Made by a program: the position numbers and the translations under genes. Positions 26,881 through 41,004 of a DNA stretch of 64,000 bases are shown piece by piece. How positions within the stretch are numbered: position 1 is the stretch's first letter; every line of letters starts with the position of its first letter. This DNA comes from Tubiluchus corallicola. Its lineage: Eukaryota; Animalia; Priapulida. The DNA lies in contig JAQGDQ010000044.1 in the NCBI GenBank assembly GCA_030141605.1, positions 744,001 through 808,000 on the forward strand, given 5' to 3'. Under the pieces are notes generated by a model. That model searched no databases. It was not told the origin of the DNA and was given only the letters and a program-made list of their open reading frames with translations.

Positions 26881-27536
26881 ACAGAGCGCATTTATTAATT
26901 GATTGCAACTTGCAAGCTTTACTTAGCCCTGTCCTGAAAGCTTCAAATAAACATTTCTTCTCTCATTCAAGCTGATTTCTGTCAATAGCACTACGAATTA
27001 CATCCTACTGGATTCAATTTAGCAAAGTTTAATGCCATCTGTTTCTACTTCGCACTGTAATTATGCTGTAAACAGGATTTACTATTGGATTTTACAGTGG
27101 ACTGTAATGCCTCCTCTAACCATTCCAAACCGAGCATGTTGATTCACGTGCACATGTACCCCTCCTTCACAAATCCTACTATACATAAAAATTCGTTGGA
27201 TTTGTGTTTTCGTTTGGTAAGATTAGAAAAGTTAAAGGGAAAAATTTGAAACCGTTTTTAGCAAAATTTCTTCATTGTACTGATAAAAATATTCTAGTGG
27301 CTTCTTACTAAAACATAAGACCTGGAGCAAGAGATTTATTACAAACAGGAAAAAAATAGCCACTCAAATGCCATTTATAGGTAGGTAGGTAGGCAGGCAG
27401 GCAGGCAGGTAGGTAGGTAGCTAGGTGGGAGATAGGCAGGCAGGCAGGCAGGTAGGTAGGCAGGTAGGTAGGTAGGCATATTCTGCGTAAAAAGACTTTT
27501 TTACATGAAGTTTTTGCTTCACCTTTTGTTGATCAT

Positions 27537-27685
27537 TTATTGCTGCTTCACCGACCACTTTATTTCTGCTTCCTCGGGCATTTTACTACTCCCTCATGGG
27601 CCACTTTTTTACTGCTTCATGGACCATTTTATTGCTGCCTCATGGACCACTTTATTGCTGCATCAAGGACCACTTTGTTTCTGCG
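27537..27685. repeat. Degenerate ~23-bp minisatellite (~6 copies)
   Basis: Unit approximately ttattgctgcttcatggaccact. Confidence 0.75.
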
Positions 27686-30600
27686 TCATAGTGTCTTTGC
27701 CTAACCACGTGTCGGCTGAAATTCGTTTGTTCTTGTCCTGACTGACCGCTCAATGTTTACTTTACTCCCACAGTAACTTTTAGTACCCAAATCAAATGTC
27801 AAATTCACGAACTGGAACAATTATCTCGATGGGCTTCTTAAAAAAACAATTTCTATAACAGCTAGGACAGGGATCAATTGAGAAGTTAATGTGTGCTTAG
27901 CGACCGAAATTAAATAACGCCGAGCCAGGGCAGGAAATGGAGGAGCGACCGCCAAAACTTTTTCTTTTACGTTTTATCTGCCATGCTACTCGTTGAGTGA
28001 CAATATATATCTAGCCGAAGTTCCGAATTTGTGTAAGACACTACCATCTGAAAGTCCAGCGAGGATTGTCCGCACTAAAGAGATGTCCCCAACAATCGAC
28101 ATAATAGGTGAGTTCTGCAGTTGATCGCTGGATTCATTCATGCTGGATATCACCTAGCAGTAACTGAACTTCATAAAAAGAGGGTTAATTAATACTAACG
28201 GAAGTAAACTGAAAAATCATACAAAAGCGGCCATATCAATTACCCCATTACTGAAACACATTTCAGCAAAGCGCTACTTTATTGGCATTGTGATCGGTTT
28301 CAGTGAAAGTGTTTCGGCATCAAACACAGTGCAATGCGTTGACCTTGTTTACTCGGACAAATGTAATCAGTAAATGGAGTGTAAATTATTCTGCAGTATG
28401 TGGCGTTATATAGTCAACCGCCATAAAGTTAATGCACTGCATATAAAGAAGCCAAGCAAACTGTATTGGAATGATACTGATACATAGTAAAAGCATGTTG
28501 TTCTAATCGTATGCAAACAGGGCATTACGATTTTCGTGACACCGTTTACTTCGAAACGAAACGCGACTACGAAACGATTTCCGAACGTCTTTTCGTTCCC
28601 ATCTCTTCAGTGAATCTAAGGAAACATTCTAAGAGATAAAACGATATAAAATTAATGGCTGCTTATGCAGAATACATTGCCTTACCCATTTTTTCTAGAT
28701 AATGAATGACAACTGGTGCTTGACACTTCAGCAATTCAACAATTCATTAATTTTATGTCGGTTGTTCCTTTCAATTTATTCCTGGATTCACTGAAAAAAG
28801 GGAACGAAAACGGGATCTTCTGAAATGCAATAAGCTGTACAAAGAAAGTTATGATGCTCTGGTTGTATTGGATGAAAATATTGTTCAAATCGGGCAAACA
28901 AAGAAACAATTTATGTGTTACCTACAGTTTGTTGTAGATAACTCTTGTACTATTGTATTTTACATAGCACGAGGCCTCGTGACATGCGTAGCAGATATCT
29001 AACTACTTTGTCCATCCCCGTAGATCAGTGTTTTTTGCCCCATACATCTTTTTCACCATATGTTCTGTTATCATTCCTACTAGGTCTTTCCAAAATGGTC
29101 TAATTTCTTAGCGTATTACCCCCTGGAAACATTTTAATAATATGTCAGGATGTTGCACCTTTTACACCTTTTTAAGCTTACCTGATTCTGCACGTTGCAG
29201 ATTTACTTGATTGGTTTTTATAACAGATTTTTACAAATACAGCAGTAATAGAAAAACTGAAATGAAGTCGTGTAAATTAACGCTTGAAATTCAACAGTAC
29301 GCTGTCCTGTAGCACAATTTGTAAAATTCTAGTTTGCTGATCAATATTCAAAACTCCCACCTGTTGAGAACCACTCCTGCAGATACAGAGTTGTGGATCA
29401 TGCACATGCGCATGCGCCTGCAATAAGTCAATGGTACCCTCCTGAATTGTTCAAATAAACCAGAAGTCGGTGGATATAGAGGCCAAAGAGAAGGGCATAA
29501 CAGCCTCGTTGGCTATTCCGAATTATAAGTCTTCACGCGTGGTGCTTTCAACTTGCAAACTTCTCCGTTTGGTCCGTTAAATACCCCCCCCCTTTATATC
29601 TTAATACATTTCTTGTAATAGCGAGGTTATTAGCCCGTAGTAGGCCCAGTTGGGAACTGCAAGACTAATCAACTCTTTGGATAAGAAATTGCCAGTATTT
29701 ACCCTTCAATAGTAACTCCTACCATCTACCATTAATCAATTTCTCATTGATTAAAATGTTTCCCACATAAGAAAGTAAGCGCCATGAGACTAATCAAAAT
29801 GACCTGAACTGAAAGTACACTTTCACGTTCACCCGGCACTAGACTATCTAGATACCAGACCACCATTGACCACTGAACAGCCTCCAGGTTCATCAACGTC
29901 TACTAAAAGTTGGATATTAATGATGAAGCCAAATAGCCTTGCATTTCGATGTAAAAAAGTCAAATGTAAATTTTGCTGCACGTTGTGATATTTCAGGAAA
30001 GTTCGCTTAAGCTTTAATTAAGGTAATGTTTAAGTAAATCTGAGCATTTCTTCAAACTGCAATTAAGATTGCGCCAACATGACATTCAGTTAACCGCCTT
30101 AACTGGTAAAATCCTAACTAAAGCAAGAGATTACTATAATTAAGATTTCCAATTGGAAAATGGTTTATAAAAGGAAATAAGACTTAATTTACCGTCAGAC
30201 AAATTCTATGCAGGAAAATCTTCAGTGACTTACTAGACTAGAAGAAAATGTGCTTCTGTAAAGTTCTATGGGAGACATTTATGACATCTATTTCAGGGTT
30301 GTTAGATCTAAAAATCCATTTCTATTAGCTTCCTTTAAAAATGCCAGTCTTTTTGGGTCTAGTGGAACTTTTTCAGATTCCGCAAAATCGAATTGATAAA
30401 AATAATGTTTTTATAATAATTATTAAGGCAAATCAGTTAATGTTTGTGTGGCGGTTATTGCGTGAAGTGAAAGTAACAGAAATGGATCCTCCCAGTCATA
30501 GTCCTAACTACTCTGGAATGGATGTTATAATCGTTTCTCGATGTTAATTTTCTGTGAATTTCATTTAGCTTATATGTTTGTGCAAAAAACTTAATGGCCA

Positions 30601-30967
30601 TTTTGTTTTTTCTTTGCAACCGAAAGGCCTGTGGTTCGAATCCAGACTGCATCCGACTTTTTCACATTTGCTGTCGGATAGATTGGTTTGAAAAATTCAA
30701 TAATTATTTGTTTATTCATCAATAATCTGTTAGCATTAAGCGACCTCGGAATTCTGCTCCTATCGAACCTAAGTAGATATGGACGTAAAGATAAACGTGT
30801 GGGCGGAACATAATTTCGACAGGCAGACAGACAAGCGGGCAGGCAAACAGATAAATAAATAGATAGCCTAACAGACGAAGTAGTTAAAACGAATTAGTTA
30901 CATGTAATTAAGTAATTAGTAACGAGGTCTATATGATCATTGCAACCTGCATCTTTATGATTTATAT

Positions 30968-31375
30968 TTAGTAATCGAATGTGGAAACTTTTCCAAGTCT
31001 ATAATTCTGAATGCTGCAAGAAGAAATTATTGAAGTCTCGTAATCTAATCTATCTCTACACTTTAACAAGTTTAAAAATTACGACGAAAGAGTTAAGATC
31101 GGTTTAGTAATCGAATGTGGAAATTTTTCCAAGTCTATAATTCTGAATGCTGTAAGAAGAAATTATTGAAGTCTCGTAACCTAATCTATCTCTACACTTT
31201 AACAAGTTTAAAAATTACGACGAAAGAGTTAAGATCGGTTTAGTAATCGAATGTGGAAACTTTTCCAAGTCTATAATTCTGAATGCTGTAAGAAGAAATT
31301 ATTGAAGTCTCGTAACCTAATCTATCTCTACACTTTAACAAGTTTAAAAATTACTACGAAAGAGTTAAGATCGGT
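30968..31375. repeat. 136-bp tandem triplication
   Basis: ttagtaatcgaatgtgg...agttaagatcggt at 30968, 31104 and 31240, nearly identical. Confidence 0.95.
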
Positions 31376-33109
31376 ACCAATGCGCAAGCTAATAATTCGT
31401 AAGCAAACTGTTAATGCGTCGACTTCATGAATTCTTAACTTATTTCATGTTTTCCCTATAATCATCGTCATTTACGTCCAGCTTATATACAAATTTAATG
31501 TACATTTATTCTCTTGGGAAATTTGGGTTACTTGCACCTATAATACCCGATAACATTTGGGTTCTTCACAGCTATCATTACAGAGTCTTCGTAAATACTG
31601 TATGAAAAATTAACGAAGATTACGCTGTCTCTATTTCGTGTAATTATTTCGTTAAACACCTCTAAGGCTATAACGCCGCATAAGAATATTAAGTGACATC
31701 TTCAGTCATTTCTAAATTACCAAAACTTTAGCAGTAAATTAGAATAGAGTCGGAATTTGTTTAAAATTAACATAAATTGCATTTACTTGAATTTAATTAC
31801 GTTATATTTCATTCCGTTCGTTACGTTACGTTCCGTGTTGTCATATCACGTACACACGCTACATTATGTAGCATTACCGGTACAGCAAAGCATTTTTTTA
31901 GAATTTTGACGGCAAACTTGCCTACTGCTGACTGTGCACGTTTGTGTGTAACTGCACAGATCTAAATCTCATCAGAGCTTTGAGCTAACTGCATGTGCAA
32001 GAACAACATGATGCAGCAACATAACATTAAATTCTGTTCTATTCGTCACTTTCGTTGTGTACAATATGATACAATCTCTATTAATAATAACTGTGCGATA
32101 ATTACTTTTTCGCGTGATAAATGAATTTTTTGTTGGACGTGCTGAATCTCTCGTCTAAGAATTCCTCTTTATTTTGTTTCGTTGTTTCCATGGTGTGTCC
32201 ACACTATTCAGGGTACAGGGCGTAATCTCTTCTGCGAGATATGATCGTCTCCAAAGCGCATCCGTCTTCTAAGCGTTCTGATGGATAACATTTTTTACTT
32301 TCTTTTACTCTTTCTCGTGTAGTTTTGTTTCCATTCCTCTTCTTTTTGTTGAGTCCATAGCCACAATGTACATTTGTTCAAATAACCCATTAGCACTTTT
32401 GCATCATTTGACTAAATAATTTCTTGTAGTGGCATAGTTCACTTTGTCGTAACATATTCAAGCATATTCTCAGTAGTATCATCTTCATTTTTATACACTG
32501 GACTCTCGTCTTCTTTGAACTGACTGTTCTAATACTTCTTGAGTAGCAACATATTTAATTTAATTTTTATCAACACCCCTTCTAGTGCTATTCCTAGACA
32601 GCTTATGATAGCTGATTACGTAATTAACAGCAGAGCTGTGGCAATACGATATTAATAACAGTAACTCCATACAATTTTTTATTTTGCCAAGTTTATAAGG
32701 TACAAATTTTAAATACCTTGACTTTGTTTTAACCCCTCCTGTCCTAACCAGATCTTTCACCTATAGTGTCGTATTAGTCATCGCCTCTATATTGTGTAAT
32801 AGGCTTGTAAATAGCGCCAATAAAAGCAATATTCCGAAGAACATCAGTCCCTAATTATTGTATTGCGTTACTAATATTACATACGTTATTGTCAACTGCT
32901 GTGCAGTTAATTATGCAGTAAACCATAGTGGCATGGTTATATACAGTCTATAGATACAATATAAGTGCACAGTATATGTTTTTACAACGACCTCTATGGC
33001 GATAACCACAAAAGCGGTAACAGTATCAACAAGAATACTGAAGGTGACAAATATAGCGACAACGGAAACTACAAGGACAAGAGCAACAAAACCAATAACA
33101 TAAACCGTT

Positions 33110-33294
33110 GCACAACAACAACAACAACAACGACGACAACAACAACAACAACAGCAAAAGCAATAGCGGCAACAGCAACGGCAACAACAGCAGCAGCAGT
33201 AGCAACAACGATGACGACGACAACAACAACAACATGGTTGCACTAGGAGCACCAAAGACAATGATTGTGATGACAGCAATAGCAACAACAGCTA

Positions 33295-33326
<32 letters not shown>

Positions 33327-33340
33327 ACAACAAAACGGCT
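33110..33340. repeat. (CAA)/(CAG)n microsatellite
   Basis: Direct read. Confidence 0.9.
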
Positions 33341-34088
33341 GCAGCAGGAGTAGAAGAAAAAAGAAAAAGAAAAATTAATACCGCCATGGATTGTTGACGC
33401 TTTAAAAATAGGCAGCTTTACCATCACCAACATGAAGACAGCGAGGATGTTTATAATAGATCCTGGTGTTTATTTGACTCCACCTAATTTGTCTGAAGTT
33501 AATGGCTCTAATGCAATTGACACCAAGCGTAAATGAGGGGAGTGCACTGAAAGTGTGTGTGCTCGTTTAGAAATGGCTTGCATTGTGGTTTGAATGAAAA
33601 ACAAAAGCAAGAAATGAAGCAAATAAAACGCTTTTTGCAAACAAGGAAAATGCGTTACAAGGTTTTCTGAGAAACATGTATTGTGTTTTAAAACATAGTA
33701 CATAGATAAATAGTTAAACCACAGCCCAAGTTTGGAACACTTGCTTAAACATGCATAATGCGCGTTTGGCAAACTTTGTGAACAAATGCAGCTTGTAACT
33801 CTAGTGACGCATCTGCTAAAATTATTACTGAACTAGAAAAAGAGCGAGACCACTTTTAATGATTGCCTAATGCAGTCATCTCATTAGGTGCCAAAGGTTT
33901 CGTTTAGTACTGACCGTCTCTCGGCTTGTGTGATAGCTTGTGTTATACTACAACGAACTCTTCTTCAAATAAACAAAACCTAACTAAGCCCTGGAGTCAC
34001 CCAATGGTGTCCAGTTTTAGTGGAAGTATTGGATAACGGCGCCAAAGCCATTTGCTGGAATCTTTGAACTTGTAGTAAACTTAGCCGT

Positions 34089-34293
34089 AACAAATGATAC
34101 TGAAGCTTGGCACATATATACTTCGGACTACGTAAAAAATGTTGCATGTTGCCAAAAAACTGTTGTAATTGACGGTACAGATAGCCCTGAGTACAGATAG
34201 TACAAATGATACTGAAGCTTGGCACATTTGTACATCGGACTACGTAAAAAATGTAGCATGTTGCCAAAAAACTGTTGTAATTGACGGTACAGA
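34089..34293. repeat. Local direct duplication of a ~92-bp block (period ~113 bp)
   Basis: acaaatgatactgaagcttggcacat...aattgacggtacagat occurs twice. Confidence 0.85.
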
Positions 34294-35526
34294 TTGTTCA
34301 ATACAAAAACAGAATTATAACTTTCACTGATTAGTTAAAATGATCAGAGGTTTCATGTGACCAGCCATATCGAAAATATAGTTCCCAACAAAATAAAATT
34401 TACTGTGTTGATGTAAATAGTCCACAAAGTTGCTCTTCGTGAATTCAAAATACTTTGATAGTAAACCGACGCCTCTGAAGCTCCTTCCCAGGGGATTTCC
34501 TTTTATAATGAGGTTCTGTTTCCATATTAAGACCGCCTCTACCTGCCATTACGGGAAGGACAGTGCGATGAAATATGTTAGGTGGCGCAAAAAACGTGCC
34601 GATACTTTGATCACGGAATCGCTTGAAAGTTACCACACAGATGGTACAGACGTTTGTGTGATAATATCAGAAATTTTTGGTCATTCATATAATTATAATT
34701 TTTCCAAAGATACAAAAGTCTGAAAACAGGAAGTCAAAAAAGTAAATACCGGAAAAAATTGTGTTACTGTTGTTAAACTTACCGACAATGCTCTACGTGT
34801 CCACCATTTAGCTGCAAACTAAACGAAGGCGTTCCTTCCGACAGCTGACACAATTTCTACCTTCTTTAATTAAGGGGTACTTGATCCCACCTGCTCAACA
34901 ATTTTTGCTCTTAGTTTCTCTGAATCAAACGGCTCTGTATGACCGTCGCATACGCTGGAAATTCAAGATACTTTAGTTTAGTTCAGGATTAAGTTTAATT
35001 TTTTTATTTGACAGCAAATCCTTATCAATATTTTACTATAGCCCAGGATGTAAAATGAGCTAACATTGTTCTGGCATTTAAATATTTGACGTACAAAAGA
35101 TTTTCGGCCATGGCTTAAAACTATACACTTGCAACTCTCACAACCAAAAGTCAATGCATTGTAGTACCAAGCTGTTAAACTTCATCTTTGTAGAGAACCT
35201 GCTTCTACTGTACTGTAGTTTAAATTTTGGTATTTTTCTGCGCCAGCAGATGAAAAAGACATTTGAAATTGTTCACTTGGCTGAAATTAAGGTTTTGGAA
35301 ATTGAAGAGCTACTGTTGAAGAGAAGGATCAAGCCAAAGAACTGGATAAGGATGTTGCTGAATATGACAATTAAAAGAATCAAATTTATCTATTGCTGCC
35401 TTCATTGATAACAACTGGGTTACCATCTGAGAATTTGCTGTTTGCAACAAACTGTAAACATTAATTACAAAGGGAAATGACAGGTCGGCAACTAGAAGTT
35501 TTTTACACATGGAGTTCATACATGGT

Positions 35527-35810
<284 letters not shown>

Positions 35811-37486
35811 GTAAGTGTTTACTGAATATTTGCTGTGCAATTTAGTGAATAATTTATAGCATAACGAGTAGTATACCAGCAATTACAACGTCACTTAGCT
35901 TGGTTGGATCATTAATCTCCAATCTGCAACAACTATTATATGCGAGATTATGCCAAGTAAACAGCAATCATAGGGCTATAAATGAAGACTGTGTGAACAT
36001 AATGGTAAAACCAACGCACTCATCCAGAACATTTAGCTGAATTGCTTGACCAAAAGTTCCTTTGGTTTAAATTGAAGTACTAAAATACCGATAAGAAACG
36101 GCAAAAGGAAAAAATCCATAGTAATTATTTAGGTAAGTTGACTGCTGCTGCATGTGCAAACGATAACGACAACAATAACAACAAGAGCAGCAATAACAAC
36201 AACAGCAGCAACAACAACATCAACAACCTTGAAGTCAACATTTAACACTATACGTAGATAACAATGATCATTCATCTTTACATTTGAATCTGACTTTCAC
36301 TCAAATTACAGACTTGCAGTATAATTATTTTCCCATTGTGCTTCTGTGAGAATGACCTTTATTATGATTTTTAGTTCTACTACTGACAATTCTTTTAATC
36401 ACTGCCATGCCTCAGGTGTCATGATTAAACGATGACTCGCTCGCTTTACCATACAATCAGGTCTGTCACAGAAACGTGATCTTTTACACAAGTGTGGTAA
36501 TTTAAAATAATCAGTGCGTTCAGATGAAAGTATTAAACTTCAGGTGTAGGGTTGATGAAAGGAGAGTGAAACAAAGCGTTATAATATTGTGAACATCGTG
36601 TAGTAAATCGTACTGAATGCAGCTGATATTCTAGCTGCCGTTGGTGTTAAAAATTTAAACAGCATAATTAAAAATGGTGGCTGAATAAGGTCATGGGGCG
36701 TTAGTGGCAATGATGGTGTTGTTGGCGTTGATGTTTGTGTTAGTTGCGGTGCCACATGGCAGTGCATATTGATTATGAGAGTGATGATGATGACGACGAC
36801 GACGACAATGATGATAACTTTAGGATGTTTCGGAACTTGCAGTGTGACTACAACCGACGAGTATTGACAACTGACTGCTTTATCGACGTTTGGTTAAGCG
36901 ACGTATCGACTCTTCAGTTAGTTTTTTAAATTTTGCAAAATACGGTCGCGTCTCTGAATTCAAATGAGATCTGCATCAGAAGTGTCTGAGCTTCACAAAA
37001 ATGATAATTTTATTTCTATGATTGTCTACAGCACACCCACACACAGAGGAGCAAAAACTTTAATGGTTCCCAGTTTATTTCACTTACACGTGCCTAGAAG
37101 TATATACAGCTCAGTTGCTCATTGTCCCAATGGTTGACTATATTTTTAGCAGGAAACTGCAAACTGCAACAACAACAATAGCAACGGTAGTAACAACAAA
37201 AATAACAACAACAACGATAAAACAACAATAACGACAACAGCCGCAGCCCTTGCTATGAAACTAGCGTTTTTTTATAATTTGACAATAGTGCAAGTGTCAA
37301 CGGGCAGAATCTATTTAATTTAGATGGTTGTGGCAAAAAGAGAGCCTGATTTATCACCAAGGTTACGCATCTAAGTTGAGGCACTAAATTGGCAGAGATA
37401 TTTTAGACATGTTCAAATGTGAATGCGAATTTTCTTCAATCTTTTTACTTTACTGTTTTAAACATTTCAATAATTATTCTTGTCGT

Positions 37487-38243
37487 TAGGACCGGCTTTA
37501 CCACCAGGCAAACTAGACGGGTTGCCTAGGGCACCATTTTCTTAGAGGGGAGGGGCTCAAAATTCTGGAAGTGATTCCTTATTTTTAAGTTTAGTATAAG
37601 CAATAACATAGTGATTGACACGTTACCAAGTTCTTGTCCACAGTTTATATTGTAGGCATAGGGCAGCAGCCAAAGTAACGACTCCTTTCCTTAACAGAAA
37701 AGTTCCTTGCATTAGCATTTATCTAATCGTGGCAGATAGACTTGTAAGAGTCGAAGCTTTCAGTAGCATAATACACGAAACAAAAAGTAAAAGAAGCTGG
37801 TGGACAGTGAACAGCAACAAAATCTTAAAAGAGAGTATTTACAACCAGACCAGAGTTATATGGTTGTGAAGATGATGATGCTAATGGAATGGACGTATGT
37901 GAAAAAGAGGAGTCAGAAGACTCAGTCACTGTTCTCTGATGATAAGGCTGAAGGAAAATCTAGCCATGAATATGAACATGAAGGCTGCGCGGCTGAAATT
38001 GTAGAAATATTGATTGCTCGTGAAGACCCAGGACGTACAATGATGTCAATTTCAAATGTAGTTGTAGAGTGGTAGTTAACTTCAGTTAATCAGTACACAA
38101 TAATGTATAGGCCCAACACACAAGTACCATTAATACTTTAATATATACAACAAAAACACAATTTTGTAGTGGTTGTATGACGTATGTGTGGGGGATTAAA
38201 AATACTTTTGGCTAGGGCGTCAAATGACCTAGAACCCGCCCAA
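37487..38243. mobile_element. hAT-type non-autonomous element with degenerate 8-bp TSD
   Basis: Ends taggaccggct...aacccgcccaa resemble CAGGGCCGGC-type TIRs, with subterminal ctagggc motifs. Flanks are cttgtcgt (37479-37486) and cttgtcat (38244-38251). Confidence 0.6.
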
Positions 38244-38280
38244 CTTGTCATTAAAGCTGACACAAAATTAGCACTTTCAA

Positions 38281-38602
38281 GTGTGATGTATAGCCGAGTG
38301 GTCACGGACGGAATGAGCTGTTAGTGACCAAAATTAAGAATGGTCAGTCGAAGCTGGTCAGTTAAGGATGGGTGATCACCTGGTTCAATACTTGCTCGGG
38401 ATAGTTTTGCGATATTGGTTGTTTTCCTCTTGTGGCTAAAATATCTCTGCAAATTTTTTTAGTGTGTCAACTTAGATGCGTAGCCTTGATGATGAATCAG
38501 GCTCTGATCTTGCCACAACCATCTAAATTAAATATATTCCACCTTTTGACACTTGCACTATTGTCAAATCATAAAAAACGCTAGTTTTATAGCAGGGGCT
38601 GC

Positions 38603-38633
<31 letters not shown>

Positions 38634-38720
38634 TCTGCTGCTACCGTTTTCGCTGTTGTTGCTGCTATTGTTGTCTTATTTTATCGTTGTTGTTGTTATT
38701 GTTTTTGTTGTTATATCGTT
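38281..38720 (+). mobile_element. Candidate SINE with tRNA/5S hybrid head; inverted partial copy at 37165-37410
   Basis: A-box tagccgagtgg, a 5S-like segment (aattaag...ctggtcagt..ggatgggtga) and B-box-like gttcaatac. The body 38425-38603 is the reverse complement of 37243-37408. It ends in (GCT)/(GTT)n. Confidence 0.5.
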
Positions 38721-39230
38721 GCTGCTGTTGTTTCTGTCGCTATCGTTGTCGTTGTCGTCGTCGTTCTTGTTGTTGTCATTGTCGTTACCATTGTCGCTGT
38801 CGCTGTTGTTGTTCCTGTTATTTTTTGCAATTACTGCTGTTGTTGTTGCCGTTGCTGTGATTTTCTGGAATTTGTGAGTAAATAAAAACCCGCCATTGCT
38901 TATGTGTAACTCCATTTTATACCAAACGTGCTCAGGTGTCACAGTTCTCTCATGTTCTCAATATTCCCATAGCGCACCTGCTAGTGTTTGTGTTGGACCA
39001 TAAATCAAACTAATTAGCGCGATCGCAAATTATTAGCTAGCTACATTGCTTCTATGATGTGCTTAATTAGCTCCTATAGCTCATCTGTTGTATCTACAAA
39101 TGCAAGATTGCATTATAACTGATTATAGATAACAGCGTAGATGGATTTACAATCTGGAACAAAATGTACGTCATAAGCGAAAAGCTACATGGGAGCAAGA
39201 AAAGAAGAAAACATCAAGAGAAAAACTGCT

Positions 39231-39580
39231 TATTTATTTATTTATTCTATTTTAATCACACCCAATAGTAAAATAGAGTCTACAATAAAAACAATATAAT
39301 ATAAAACACGTTGGCAAAGAACATACAAATAAAATATTTACAAGAGTGTGGTAAAGACACAAAGATATTAACTGCTTACATGTGTCCGTTGTGTACAAGG
39401 AATTTATGCAAGTTAACTTTATATAGGCGGTTTTTAAATAACTTAATATTTTATGCAGTTACGTGGGGTACACCATCAACATATGCAGGCAGTGAGTTCC
39501 AAATCGGTACAACACGATTTGAGAAAAATTGACCAAATGATACTTTAGCTCTTCGACGCACGAAAAGCTTGTTTACTGTT
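39231..39580 (-). mobile_element. CR1 LINE 3' end with (TAAA)n tail
   Basis: KLFVRRRAKVSFGQFFSNRVVPIWNSLPAYV is the classic CR1 ORF2 C-terminal motif; tatttatttatttatt tail at 39231. Confidence 0.8.
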
Positions 39581-39779
39581 AGGATAGTTGCTACAATTAA
39601 GTTTAAGTTTATTACACACCAAATGAGAAGTAAACAATATACATTAAGATACATACATATACATACAAACATATACATCATATAAAAACATGCTATACAC
39701 ATTAAATTACGTACATACACAAAAAGCAGCATGATAATGAGGGGCGGTGTGGGGGAGACACGAAAAGCAAATGCTTCTT

Positions 39780-40130
39780 ACATGTGCCTGTTAAATACTA
39801 AGAAAGCATTTAGATCGACATAATTTAGTCGCCGTATAAAAAAAGTTTGCATTGCGAGCTTTTGCTAATGGTGCATCATTTACAATTTCTGGTAAACTAC
39901 TCCAAATCGAAAAAAATGACCAAATATTTTTAGCAGATCGCTTGACATACATTTTAAGTGAGTTGGTACTTCTTGTCCGACTAGATGTAGCAAATGAGAA
40001 AAATTTATCTCTGTCTATATCTACGTCTTTATGTATGATTTGATAACACAGTATAAATCTTTATCTAACCGTCTTTCCTCTAATGATCTAAGAGTTAGAA
40101 AGTTCAATCGTAACGGATTTGACAAATAAG
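39780..40130 (-). mobile_element. Second, more decayed CR1 ORF2 C-terminal fragment
   Basis: The minus strand reads RLNFLTLRSLEERRLDKDL (CR1 RL..L.L.SLE.RR...DL motif), followed by frameshifts. Confidence 0.65.
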
Positions 40131-41004
40131 TAATGTTACCTGCCAGTTTGAATAGTTGGATTCACAGCGTCGATCACCGCAACATATTCTTGGGTTGATA
40201 CGAAACGCGTAACGATATAAAAATCGCATTACGTGACTCAGTGACTCAGTGATACATTAATTAACAACATAGGTAAAACAGTAATAATAACTATTTATGT
40301 AACTATGATGTGAAGTTGAAATTGTGATTAAAGTGAAAGTTGTCGTGTTTTCAAACTTTCATTTCTTTCCCTTATAACTCTTTTACTTGAATTGAAACTT
40401 CATTTAACTTTTTATTGGTAATCTTCTTATTGATTATAGCTATAAAATTTTACTGTTTACTTTTTACTCGTGTAGTTATTTCTTGTGCCTAATAAATAAA
40501 TAATAAATAATAAAAACGGTACTGTGTACTGTGTCAGCGTTGACTTCTCTTGCAGCAGCTTTATCTTCAAAGTTATACCCCCCCCCCCCAACCGAAAATA
40601 TTACAGAGCTGAGCGTATACTGTAACGGACCAAGAAATACACAGCAGTCAACATGTCATTTGAACCAATAGCCGTTATGGTTGGCTGTTAGGAACTGCTT
40701 ACAGCACTTCAATTTGCCGTGTATCATTTCACATTTGCAACTTAAACTCTGTGAAATAAGCAGTAATTGGAATAATGATATTTTACCCTTAGTGGTAATA
40801 ACAGTAATGTGCTTGCCCTTGAGGGACATTGTGCTTTTATAAGTAGCAGCTAAAATGTTACAACACAAATGGACCGCCGAGTGGCATTAGCAGGCAGAAG
40901 ATGGCAATCGCGTTGAAGGAAGACAATGAAGACGAAGAGGTTTAACTTCATCTGCGTCCAGAAGCATTAATCGTAATATCATGAAAGATATACGAAGCTG
41001 TCTA

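Noticed and set aside
29400-29420. NRF1/Ewg-like motif gcacatgcgcatgcgc
   Set aside because: Single motif without promoter context; cannot be supported.
30580-30660. tRNA-like fragment (ttgcaacc...ggttcgaatcc)
   Set aside because: Only a B-box/T-arm is recognisable; no D-arm or cloverleaf; at most a SINE relic.
32140-32540. Possible decayed transposase fragment (minus strand LSIRTLRRRMRF)
   Set aside because: Too short and interrupted to assign without a homology search.
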